A stretch of 34,646 nucleotides of DNA from Chiloscyllium plagiosum (taxonomy: Eukaryota): assembly GCF_004010195.1 (NCBI RefSeq), contig NW_025214783.1, forward strand, positions 8,665 through 43,310. The letters are read 5' to 3'. The notes under the pieces were generated by a model that was not told the DNA's origin, did not search any database, and saw only the letters and a list, made by a program, of their open reading frames with translations. Position numbers and translations under genes: made by a program. The stretch's first letter is position 1; each line of letters begins with the position of its first letter. Shown here piece after piece: positions 10,780 through 20,470 of the stretch.

Positions 10780-11235
10780 GATGCCATGGCCTATTGATAT
10801 GAATAAAAGAGGTTGACACAAGGGTTCAGGTAAAAATGACTGGCCCTGATATCAAGGCAGTGGTTGCCTTCTGTTGACATCAAGGAGCTGAACAAAACTG
10901 GACTTAATGGGAATCAGAGTAAACTCTCCAGTATTTGGAGTCAAACATGGCACAAAGGAAGATGTTCATCATCTCAGTCCTGGGTCACCTCTGTGGGAGA
11001 TCCTCAGGGTAGCTTCCACTTCAAAAACAGCTTCAGCTGCTTCATCAATGTCTCCCACCCTCACCCTCCACACGAAAAGACCAGAAGTGGGGATGGTCAC
11101 TGAAGATTCCACAATGTTCAGAACTTCTTGTCCCCCATCATCTCCTGAACTGGTCTGTGTCCATGTGCCTCAAGACCCGGACTCCATTGAGGCTTGTGCT
11201 GTTAAAGGGTCCGTAACATTCACGTAAAAGCACTG
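10780..11235 (+). mobile_element. CR1/L2-group LINE RT fragment, same family as 24526-27535
   Basis: GCCCTGATATCAAGGCAG..TTCAGCTGCTTCATCAATG..CCAGAAGTGGGGATG aligns with the reverse complement of ~25130-25560. Confidence 0.75.
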
Positions 11236-12041
11236 CCTGACACTGCGCATAGCCACAATAAAATAAGAGTTCATTCAGCTCCTCACGCTAATTTCACAGG
11301 AATATGAGGAAGTCATTCAGCCCATTGATATTATTGGAGAAGAACAGGGATAGCCCATTCAGTGCCTCCAGCCTATTACTCAGGAAGAGAAGGAGTCTAG
11401 TTTGATGGGCCACACCAGAGGCCCTCGAAAATATTTGAAGGTGGTAGCCTTGACTCTAATGTTTTCTTATTTTAAAGGAAATGTAAAGTGTCTGTTCCAG
11501 ATGCAATGTGACTGGTCAAACTACTCGGTGTGAAGCAAAACACCATCTACTTAATTTCTCCAATCCAGGAATTAAAAACAGAATCAAGAGAAATTTCAGA
11601 GAGGGTAGCAACCAGGAACCATTCACTGAAGCTTCCAAATCCGTGGAGACCCCAATAGTTTCTGATGTTACCGAGAAACCAAAACCCAGAGATTCTAATC
11701 TGTGAGAGCTGGCCACACCCATTCAGGCTGCATTAAAATAAACACAAGGCCTCCCTAGCTGTTACTCAAGTGGTCTTAACTAGCCAGCTTGGTAACGATC
11801 GATCAATCACTCTCTTAAAAGAAACCAGGACAAAATAACCTCTTAAAGCTGCAGCATTGTCATACTGGTCAGTACAACGAGCTGTCAACCCGGAACCAGG
11901 GGTAACCAGTCAGGCCCTTGGCCCTGTTCAATCGGACGAGGTCGAAGCCAATCACTCCCTTGAGTCACTTACACAGGAACAGCGGGAGGCCATTCCCACC
12001 TCAATGCACTTACACGGGGGCAGAATGAGGATTTTATTGCT

Positions 12042-12172
12042 GATTCCTGATGAATGTCTTATGCCCGAAACGTCGATTATCCTGGTCCTCGGATGCTGCC
12101 TGACCCGCAGTGCTTTTCCAGCAATTGATCCTCTACTCTGATCTCCAGCATCGGCAGTCTTAAGTGTCTCCT
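12042..12172 (+). mobile_element. PLE terminal-repeat fragment with hammerhead motif
   Basis: GATTC-CTGATGA-ATGTCTTATGCCC-GAAACGTC-GATTA..CTCTGATCTCCAGCATCGGCAGTC; homologous to 33415-33540. Confidence 0.85.
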
Positions 12173-12504
12173 AATTGATGCTCTAACATGATGAACAAGT
12201 GAGCCAGAGGCTGCACAGACAGACTGTTCCAGGCTCTGTTGCTTATGATACACATGTGGGACTTTAACGTGGTTTACTCGCGGTGAGGAGGGAAGCCATA
12301 TATCTTGTGTGAAGTCTCAAGAAGGCATCTTCCATCTCCACGAAGACAGCCTGGTGTTTTCTATGTAGGGCGGAAGCTGGTGGGAATGGCTATCTGTTTC
12401 AGACGGAAGGTATTGTAGCTGCTGTTGGGGATTGTGAGCAACCTGACGTTCAGTACAGGGTTCACTCGCCGACTGCACAATAACATGGGGATAGTTAATT
12501 TAGG

Positions 12505-12757
12505 CATATAAACTATTAGAAAAGTCACGTTAGACTGATGAATGGACTCTCTAAGTTCAAATAATGGTGATCTTGTTCATGTTGATCTTGTCTAGTGCAT
12601 GTCCTGTGCAGTGTAACCTGTATGCCTTACTCTGTCCAAGTCTATTTCCACCCTATGATCTGTCTGGCCATGCTTCCTATGATCTGCCTCCACTGCTCAT
12701 AAATAAAGTGTTTCCCTGTACTGAGATACACGTGACAATAAATCAAACCAATCAATC
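12505..12757 (+). mobile_element. 3' end of a LINE (Rex1/Babar-like)
   Basis: TTAGACTGATGAATGGACTCTC ... TGTACTGAGATACACGTGACAATAAATCAAACCAATCAATC with a short tandem tail; clade assigned by recognition only. Confidence 0.55.
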
Positions 12758-12909
12758 CTGGTTAAAGTATGGAATTTCTCTCCCTGCCAATGTCTGTTTT
12801 GGAAATAAGAGATCGCTGCCACTCCTCGTGTTTCAGCATCACCATTTCTTCATCTCTCACAGCTCTACAGATTAAACACTCAGTTTATTCACTCTATCCT
12901 CATGTTACC

Positions 12910-13080
12910 ATCACCAGTGTCTGTGGTAAGGAGGTCATTCCTTACAAAGGAGATCAAATCTGTACAGAGTGCCCCAAATGCTCTCTCAGCAAGGCTCTAC
13001 AACAGCCGGAAGATGGCTTTACTTATGTACTCGAACCATCTTACAATGAAGGACAGCATACCATTGACTGCACCCATTAC
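12910..13080 (-). mobile_element. Old CR1 RT fragment
   Basis: Degenerate match to the antisense of the EYxSxxV.LxLYxALxRxHLxY region seen in the other CR1 copies. Confidence 0.55.
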
Positions 13081-13094
13081 GTACACAGGGTTTG

Positions 13095-14276
13095 ATTCGG
13101 ATCAGTCGGCATAGACTTGTGATTGGGAGATCATGCTTCCCAAATTTCTTAGAGTCCTTTGATGAAGTTACCAGGACGTTTGATGAGGGCAGAGTGATAG
13201 GCGTAGTTTCTCTGGGTTTCAGTCAGTCCTTTGATAAGGTTCCACATAGCAGGCTGCTCAGGAAGGTTACATTACGTGGAATGCTGGTGGAACTGGCCAA
13301 TTGGATACACACTTGGCTTGATGGTAGGAAGCAGAGGGTTGAGTGGAAGGATGTTTGTCAGACCGGAGGCTTGGTCCACTGCTGTTTGTTATCTATGATT
13401 TGGTTGAGAATGTACAAGGTATGATTAGTAAGTTTGCAGGTGACACTAAAGTAATTGGGAGTATGATCAGTGAGGAAGTTTATCAGAAATTGCAGCAGGA
13501 CGTTAATCAGGTGTGAAATGGGCCGAGAAATGGCAAATGGAATTTAATATCGAAGCATGAGGTCTTGCATTTTGAAAACTCAAATCAAGGTCGGAGTTTC
13601 ATGGTAAATGGGAGGGTCTTAAAGGGTGCAGTGGGCAGAGAGACCTTGGTGTTCAGGTGCACGGTTCTCTAAGAGTGGGATCACAGGTAGACAGGGCAGT
13701 GAAGAAGGCGTTTGGCACATTGGCCTTCATCAGGCAGGATATTGAGTATAGAAGTTGGGACCTTATGTTGCAGTTACACAGGAATTTGGTAAGGCTGCAC
13801 TTGGAGTATTGTGTTCAGTTTTGTCACCTTCTAATGGGGAGGATGTTATTAAATTAGAAAGAGTGCAGAAGAAATTTACAAAGACGTTGCCAGGACCCAA
13901 TGGTCTGAGTTGTAGGGAGAGGTTGGACAAGCTAGGGCCTTTTCTTTAGTGTGTCAGAGACTGGAGGAGTCCTTATAGAGCTGTATAAAATCACGAGGGG
14001 TATGGATAGGGTTAATGCTCTCAGTCTTTTTTCAAGGTGTAGAGAATCGAGGATTAGAGGGGATCAGTTTAAGGTTAAAGGGGAAGGAATAAAAGGGAAC
14101 CTGAGGGGCCATTTCTTTATACAGAGGGCTGGTACGTGGATGAGTTGACAGCAGATGTGGTTGAGGGGGGAACATTAACAACATTTCAAAAACATTTGGA
14201 TAAATATGTGGATAGGAAAGGACTGGAAGCATATGGGCCAACTGCAGGGAAGTGGAGTTAGCGTGGATGGACATTT
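13095..14276 (+). mobile_element. CR1 LINE, RT to 3' UTR, decayed
   Basis: GRSCFPNFLESFDEVT..FDKVPHSRLL..WLDGRKQRV; KFAGDTK (FADD-derived); LVRLHLEYCVQF; LRGHFFIQR. Confidence 0.93.
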
Positions 14277-15044
14277 ACAAGGTCGACTCGAACCCCTCTG
14301 TTAATTAAACCCAAACACCCAGAAAAGCTCGCCTCATCTTGTATCTGTTAAAATATGAGCGACACAGATCTCCTACATTCCACTATTTAAACAAAAATTA
14401 TCAAGTTAGTTTCTTAACTTTAATAGTGAACACTAAACAACAACTATTCACAAATACAAGCCCCTCTTTTCTTAGCTACTTACTATCTGACTCCAACTCT
14501 GTAAAAATATGCTGTTCCAACAACCCACATATGAAACATTAAAATCTCAAGACCATACAGTCTCTCTCTTCCCCGCTGTGTTCACTCTTTCAGCTGCTGA
14601 TCTCCCTAGGTCATTTTTTTTAATTGCAAGTAGGTTTACATGAACATGTGTCTTTGATAGACAGTGTTTGAGATGGCCAGTTAGCACTCCTGCTCTACAG
14701 CAGTTGCTCGACTGTTGGATGGCAGCAGCACTCCCTCCAGTGTTCAAAATGCTGGGTTTATATACTCCCCATGATGTAATAATTCTGATAATTTGGTTGC
14801 TTACCAGGTGTCCCAACAATAATATTCAAATTCTGTTGGTTTCTTATATCTTGAGCGTTATTTAAACTCTTTGCTTGCATTTGAATGGCTGTCAAAACAG
14901 CGACCAAAACTCAGGTATCCATTTCTCAGCTAATGGTGACATGTGGAACAGTGTGACCTTTAGCTGGCATCTGTGGCTTTAATTTCTATTCAACAAAACC
15001 CAATCTGTCTTAAAGTGCCCATACATGTTTTTGGCTTCATAACA
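14277..15044 (-). repeat. 3' LTR of the Gmr1-like element
   Basis: Starts TGTTATGAAG at 15044 (- strand), directly after the purine tract GAAGCGGGAAGA (15045-15056). The distal part matches the 5' LTR; the extreme end is lost at the CR1 junction. Confidence 0.85.
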
Positions 15045-16682
15045 TCTTCCCGCTTCAGAAAATAAAATGAACCAGCAGAATGAAAAGATGGCTACATTTC
15101 TTTTCCTCTAATTCTTAATCCCAATTATATGAAATACAAAAGTATTAATCTCAGTTATATCATTCATATTAATTCTGCACACCAGTACAACACTGGAATA
15201 AGTCAAATCTCATCTACACTGCTTTCATTTAAATCCACGAAAACACATCTGCTATCACATTGTAGGAGCCACAGCATGTACATTTTGTGAGTGTAAAGTC
15301 GGTAAGGTAAGACTCCAATGAAATAGTCTTTAAATATTCCAAAAAATGCGAGATATTTGTCGTTGTCCACAACCATCTCCGACAATTTGTTTGTCATATA
15401 CACGTTAAAATATTGTCAGGCCAGTGTGAAACTTCATCATTCTTGTTCAATAATGGAGATTTTGTATTTTGTTTCTGGTGGATATTGAGTTTTTTCGACA
15501 AGTAGCCAATTAGCCATTCAATTCCATCATCCTCTTTCTGTATCAATACATCTCCGACCCCTATATCCCGAGCATCAAACACAGTTTTCAAAAGGTTTCA
15601 GAATATTTGGTGGAGCTTAAGCTGGTGCGGTGATTAATCCTGCTTTAAAATTTTCAAATGCCTCCTGGCATTGTTCTGTCTACAACACTTCTGTGTGTTT
15701 CTTTAATAAATCCATCAGTGGTGCCAATACGCTACTGAAGTTTGTAACAAACTTCCAATAGAATCCACTCAGTTCCAAAAATCGAAGCACCTCTTTCTTC
15801 GAGGATGGTGGAGGAAATTCCTCAAAGCCCTTCGTTTTTATGTTCCATGGGATCAACTTTCCATGTCCAATGTAATATCCCAAGAACGTCACCTCTGGCT
15901 TCGAGAATTCTGTTTTCTTTTAGTTTATTACCAAGTTTGTTTCTTGGAATCGTTCAACATGCTCTGCCAACTGTAACATGTGAGCTTTCAATCACTTGCT
16001 AAAGATCACTACATCATACAGATAAGCTGCACAATTTGTTCATATGTCCACAACTCTGTTTCTGAGTCTTAAATGTGGCTGGTGCATTATTCATCCATAT
16101 GAAATACTCGATAAAGTTTTTTGTCATCTCTGGTATTTTTACTAGATAGTTTAACTGACTCCACATATTTTTAAGTTTGAAAGGGGCCACGAAACATGGC
16201 TTTGAAGAGGTTTCTTACCATTGGTGGCAATACTAATACGTCATCCCCACGGGAAATCTTCAAAGTTTCAGTGTTTTTATCTGCCACCTGCTTCACTCTA
16301 TGCTGTGCTCTTCAGATACTGTTTAGCAAACTCACCTACTCCATCTACTCTCTCCTTCACCTCACACACATAATCCAGGTGTGAGATTTTCGACTTCGGT
16401 CCTGTCAATTTATATTTAATTGATTTCAAAGGAGCTCTCACTTCATGCACGAATATTAACTCAAAGGAAGTAAAGTGAGTCGATTTATTTGGGGCATCTC
16501 TAATGGCAAACAATTTAATGGGGCACCTTTATCCCAATCATTTGGCCAACCCTGACAGTACGCTGTTAACATAGTCTTCAACATCTGATGCTAACTTTCC
16601 AAGGCTCCCTGGGATTCAGGATGGGACGCCCTTGATTTGAAGTGCTGTATGCCTAAGCCATCCATGACTTCCTTAAACAGCT

Positions 16683-17000
16683 GAGCGGCACGGTGGCACA
16701 GTGGTTAGCACTGCTGCCTCACAGCGCTAGTAGACCCGGGTTCAATTCCCGCCTCAGGCGACTGACTGTGTGGAGTTTGCACGTTCTCCCCGTGTCTGCG
16801 TGGGTTTCCTCAGCGTGCTCCGATTTCCTCCCACAGTCCAAAGATGTGCAGGATAGGTGAATGGGCCATGCTAAATTGCCCGTAGTGTTAGGTAAGGGGC
16901 AAATGTAGGGGTATGGGTGGCTTGCGCTTCGGTGGGGCGGTGTGGACTTGTTGGGCCGAAGGGCATTTTTCCACACTGTAAGTAATCTAATCTAATCTAA
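16683..17000 (+). mobile_element. HE1-type tRNA-derived SINE, young full-length copy inserted in the integrase
   Basis: A box TGGCACAGTGG, B box GGTTCAATTCCC, core GGAGTTTGCACGTTCTCCCCGTGTCTGCGTGGGTTTCC, tail (TAATC)n. Splits the integrase between DQGSHF and LFKEVM. Confidence 0.95.
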
Positions 17001-18093
17001 AATGAGACCCTTGGTCTGGCTGAATCTCCCTAGGTAGTCCACAGCGAGTAAAGAAAGCGACCAACTCCTTCACCTCCCTTTTTGCCTTGACACTCCAATA
17101 ATGGAATTGCCTCTGGAAATCTGGTAGACACATCCATTATGGTCAGTAAATATTGGTTTCCACTTTTACTTTAGAAAGGGGAACTACACAATTAATCATA
17201 ACCCACGTGCAAGGTTCTTCGAATGCAGAAATTGGCAAGAAAGGTGCTGGTTTTATTACTGCCTGTTCCTAACCTGCCATTTGGTATGTATGTCACGTAT
17301 AACTAAAGTTAACAGCGTCCTTGTGCATTCCAGGCCACGAGAAATGCTTCTGTACCTTAGCCTGAGTCTTCTGTTCACCCTAGTGACCGCCTGCAGTTAG
17401 TTTATGAGCTACCCGAAACACTTTACGTTACTGCTAACACAATCTGGTGCACTTCGGCCCATTTCCCTTCTGCAGTAACCTATCGGGGTCTCCATTTTAA
17501 TTTTATGATTCTATCTTTAAGTTAATAACATGAAACAATATATTATGATTCCTTTTCTCTGTGTGTGCAGGTGTATGCGTGTGTGAATGTGTGTGTGTAT
17601 CTCTGTTGTAAGTCCATTAGCCTTTCTGGACTAAACACCTCTGCCTGATGCTCTGCCCGTTCAGGTTTTTCCTGCACCGTTACATCAAACAGGGTGTCAG
17701 TTCACTGAGCATCAACCCATTTGTCTTTTTCGTTCGTTTTTCCTTACTGCTGTAACTTATGACAGTGGGATCTTGTTCCTACACAGTCTGGAAAAATTCC
17801 TGGGTAATTTTCTTTTAACTCACCAATTCCCTCGTCTTCCTTTGGCTTCTCCACCACAAGGGATGCCTATCCCACCTCGCCTCCTGCTTATTCGTTCCCA
17901 AGAACAAACTGTATTCCTGGAACAGACACTCTGTTACTTACTGTCACTGTTACTTCCCTAATCTTGATTTGGCATTCCATCCTGATGTTACACAAGGGAA
18001 TGCTTAATTTCTCTCCCCATTCCATAAATTAACACGCACTTGATTAACATGCCAGAAAGAGTGAAAAAAAACTTTCATCTCTTACTATTAGAG

Positions 18094-18754
18094 GGTGAGA
18101 GAAAGTGAGGGCTGCAGATGCTGGAGATGAGAGTTGAAAAATGTAGGGCTGGAAAAGCACAGCACGTCGGCAGCATCCGAGGGGCAGGAGCGTTGACGTT
18201 TCAGGCATAAATGCTTCATCAGTAAAGTGGGAGGTAAGGGAGGGGGAAGGAGGTTGAGAAATAAATGGGAGGGTTAAGGTGGAGCTGGGTGGCAGGGAGC
18301 TTGGAAGGCGATAGGTAAATGCAAGTGGGGTATGATGGTGGTAGGTCGGAGAGGAGGGTGATATGACTCCGATCGGTAGTAGGGCAGCTGGAACCCTCAA
18401 ACTGCATAGCATCAACGTTGACTTCACCAAATTCCAAATCTCCCCTCCACCATCTTCTCCCAGATCCAACCGTTCAACCTAGCACTGCCCTCTTGGACTG
18501 CCCTAACTAGCTATCTTCATTTCCAACTAACGACTCTACCCTACCCTCCGACATATCACTATCACTCCCACCTACATCTTCTTATTGCCTTCCCAGTGAC
18601 CGTCCCACCAGCTCAGCTGCTACCCTCGTATTTATCTTTCAGCCCCCTTGTCCCCCCACCATGTTCCTGACGATGGGTTTCTGCCTGATGTTCGATTGTC
18701 CTGCTGTTCGGATGCTGCCTGATCTCTTGTGCTTTTCCGGAGCCTCACTTCTCA
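18094..18754 (+). mobile_element. 5'-truncated Penelope-like element with inverted terminal repeat
   Basis: Perfect 10-bp TSD ACTATTAGAG at 18084-18093 and 18755-18764. The + part from ~18388 encodes the GIY-YIG C-terminus (GTLKLHSINVDFTKF), followed by UTR and terminus; 18094-18387 is the same terminus inverted. Removing the insert restores the protease AQSLIVRD. Confidence 0.92.
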
Positions 18755-18874
18755 ACTATTAGAGACTGAGCAGATCCCATATCTCACAAAATTATAACCA
18801 CTTTGTCCTTCACCCCCTGTTCTTTCTGAGTAAACTTTATCTACAGAGGTGAATTCTTTAGAGAGATCAGGCAC

Positions 18875-19554
18875 NNNNNNNNNNNNNNNNNNNNNNNNNN
18901 NNNNNNNNNNNNNNNNNNNNNNNNNNNNNNNNNNNNNNNNNNNNNNNNNNNNNNNNNNNNNNNNNNNNNNNNNNNNNNNNNNNNNNNNNNNNNNNNNNNN
19001 NNNNNNNNNNNNNNNNNNNNNNNNNNNNNNNNNNNNNNNNNNNNNNNNNNNNNNNNNNNNNNNNNNNNNNNNNNNNNNNNNNNNNNNNNNNNNNNNNNNN
19101 NNNNNNNNNNNNNNNNNNNNNNNNNNNNNNNNNNNNNNNNNNNNNNNNNNNNNNNNNNNNNNNNNNNNNNNNNNNNNNNNNNNNNNNNNNNNNNNNNNNN
19201 NNNNNNNNNNNNNNNNNNNNNNNNNNNNNNNNNNNNNNNNNNNNNNNNNNNNNNNNNNNNNNNNNNNNNNNNNNNNNNNNNNNNNNNNNNNNNNNNNNNN
19301 NNNNNNNNNNNNNNNNNNNNNNNNNNNNNNNNNNNNNNNNNNNNNNNNNNNNNNNNNNNNNNNNNNNNNNNNNNNNNNNNNNNNNNNNNNNNNNNNNNNN
19401 NNNNNNNNNNNNNNNNNNNNNNNNNNNNNNNNNNNNNNNNNNNNNNNNNNNNNNNNNNNNNNNNNNNNNNNNNNNNNNNNNNNNNNNNNNNNNNNNNNNN
19501 NNNNNNNNNNNNNNNNNNNNNNNNNNNNNNNNNNNNNNNNNNNNNNNNNNNNNN
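18875..19554. other. Assembly gap (N)
   Basis: Run of N; other gaps at 24503-24525, 29761-29834 and 32270-32780. Confidence 1.
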
Positions 19555-19779
19555 CTCCAGTTGCCACATTTGCAATTTAAGTTTTTATAACTCTACTGCA
19601 GTTGCCTGTTTCTCTGATACATCAAAGTGCTTGACAAACTCCATTAAAATTGCTACTTCTCTTTTCTCCCTGGTTAAACCCAATTCCAACCTATCAGCTA
19701 ATTCTAAAATTGTCCTCCTTCTGTCTTTCTAAACTTCCTTGGAAAGTTTGGGAACCTCTTTAGAAATGTTAAAAGCCAT
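19555..19779 (-). pseudogene. gag N-terminus of the Gmr1-like element
   Basis: MAFNISKEVPKLSKEV*KDRRRTILELADRLELGLTREKREVAILMEFVKHFDVSEKQATAVEL*KLKLQMWQLE, ~170 nt downstream of the 5' LTR end. Confidence 0.7.
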
Positions 19780-19930
19780 TTCCCTCACTTTTCATTTAAC
19801 CAACCACAAGTAAAAAAATTAAACGAATTTTCCCACTGGTTTTATTTGAAGATCAAAGTCACTAATTGCAATGAGTTGGAATTTGCTGGGACCTGTTGTA
19901 TCTCAAATCTGTTCAAGTCGGTCCAAGTGT

Positions 19931-19949
19931 CACACGGCAAGGCCCCAAA
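19931..19949 (-). promoter_or_regulatory. Degenerate primer-binding site, probably tRNA-Pro
   Basis: TTTGGGGCCTTGCCGTGTG immediately after the LTR end ...TCATAACA; resembles the tRNA-Pro PBS TGGGGGCTCGTCCGGGAT. Confidence 0.55.
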
Positions 19950-19950
19950 C

Positions 19951-20088
19951 TGTTATGACATCAATGTCGAACCCCTCTGTTAATTAAAACCACACACCTA
20001 GAAAAGCTCACCTCACATCATAATCTGTCAAAACGTGAGCGACAGAGAACTCCTAAATTCCACTAATAAACAAAAAATAACAATTTAT
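19951..20088 (-). repeat. 5' LTR of the Gmr1-like element, truncated
   Basis: Ends TGTCATAACA (- strand) at 19951, an 8-bp inverted match to the TGTTATGA LTR start. Similarity to the 3' LTR stops at the adjacent PLE. Confidence 0.85.
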
Positions 20089-20470
20089 ATGTGTGCGAGT
20101 TAGCTCGCTGAGCTTGAAGGTATGTTTTCAGAAGTTCCGTCACCATGACTAGGTGACATCATCAGTGAGAGTATCTGCTGAAGTGCTGGTGGTATGTCCC
20201 GCCTCTCTATTCATAGGTCTTGGTTTATTAAAGTGGGTGATGCCATTTCCCGTTATTGTCACAAGAGAATGTAGACAGGATCTACATTGATGCGTTTATT
20301 GATGGACTTCTGGTTAGAATGCCATTCCTCTAAGAAGGTCCTTGCGTGTATTAGTATGTATGTGTGCTTTGTCCCAGTCAAAGTGTTGCGCTTCTTTGTC
20401 TGTATATATGGAACAAAGTGATAGTGCGTCATGTCTTTTGGTGGCTAGTTGGTGTTCATGTATCCTCGTA
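20089..20470 (-). mobile_element. Penelope-like element, second family, 3' fragment with hammerhead motif
   Basis: The - strand gives RIHEHQLATKRHDALSLCSIYTDKEAQHFDWDKAHI../FLEEWHSNQKSINKRINVDPVY (PLE GIY-YIG C-terminal half), then TCA-CTGATGA-T-GTCACC-TAGTCAT-GGTGAC-GGAACTTC-TGA at 20128-20168. Confidence 0.9.

Larger units (their letters stand above)
15200..18874 (-). pseudogene. pol remnant (protease, integrase, RT, RNase H)
   Basis: IN: AH..GH..KHFSWPGM, YLLTIMDVSTRFPEAIP, GLPREIQPDQGSHF, HPESQGALE, FAIRDAPNKSTHFTSFELIF. RT: NAPATF, AYLYDVVIFS (from YLDD), TFLGYYIGHG, EVLRFLELSGFYWKFV. RH: DARDIGVGDVLIQ..IGYLSKKL. Many stops and frameshifts; internal deletion near 16110. Confidence 0.9.
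14277..20088 (-). mobile_element. Decayed Ty3/Gypsy LTR retrotransposon, Gmr1 clade (gag-PR-IN-RT-RH)
   Basis: Two homologous LTR segments (14285-14400 vs 19965-20085). Order on - strand: gag (from 19779), protease (*DMGSAQSL, ~18790), integrase (17420-16180), RT (16100-15650), RNase H (15590-15250). PBS and PPT are at the expected positions. Confidence 0.92.

Noticed and set aside
16683..16760. tRNA gene
   Set aside because: The A/B boxes belong to the SINE head, which continues into the SINE core and tail; the same applies at 23770 and 7700-7775.
16719..16976. Conserved small protein (also 23833-24057)
   Set aside because: Antisense translation of HE1 SINE copies.
18752..19580. Long ORFs spanning N runs (also 29540-29920 and 32234-33219)
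   Set aside because: Their length is an artefact of translating assembly gaps.
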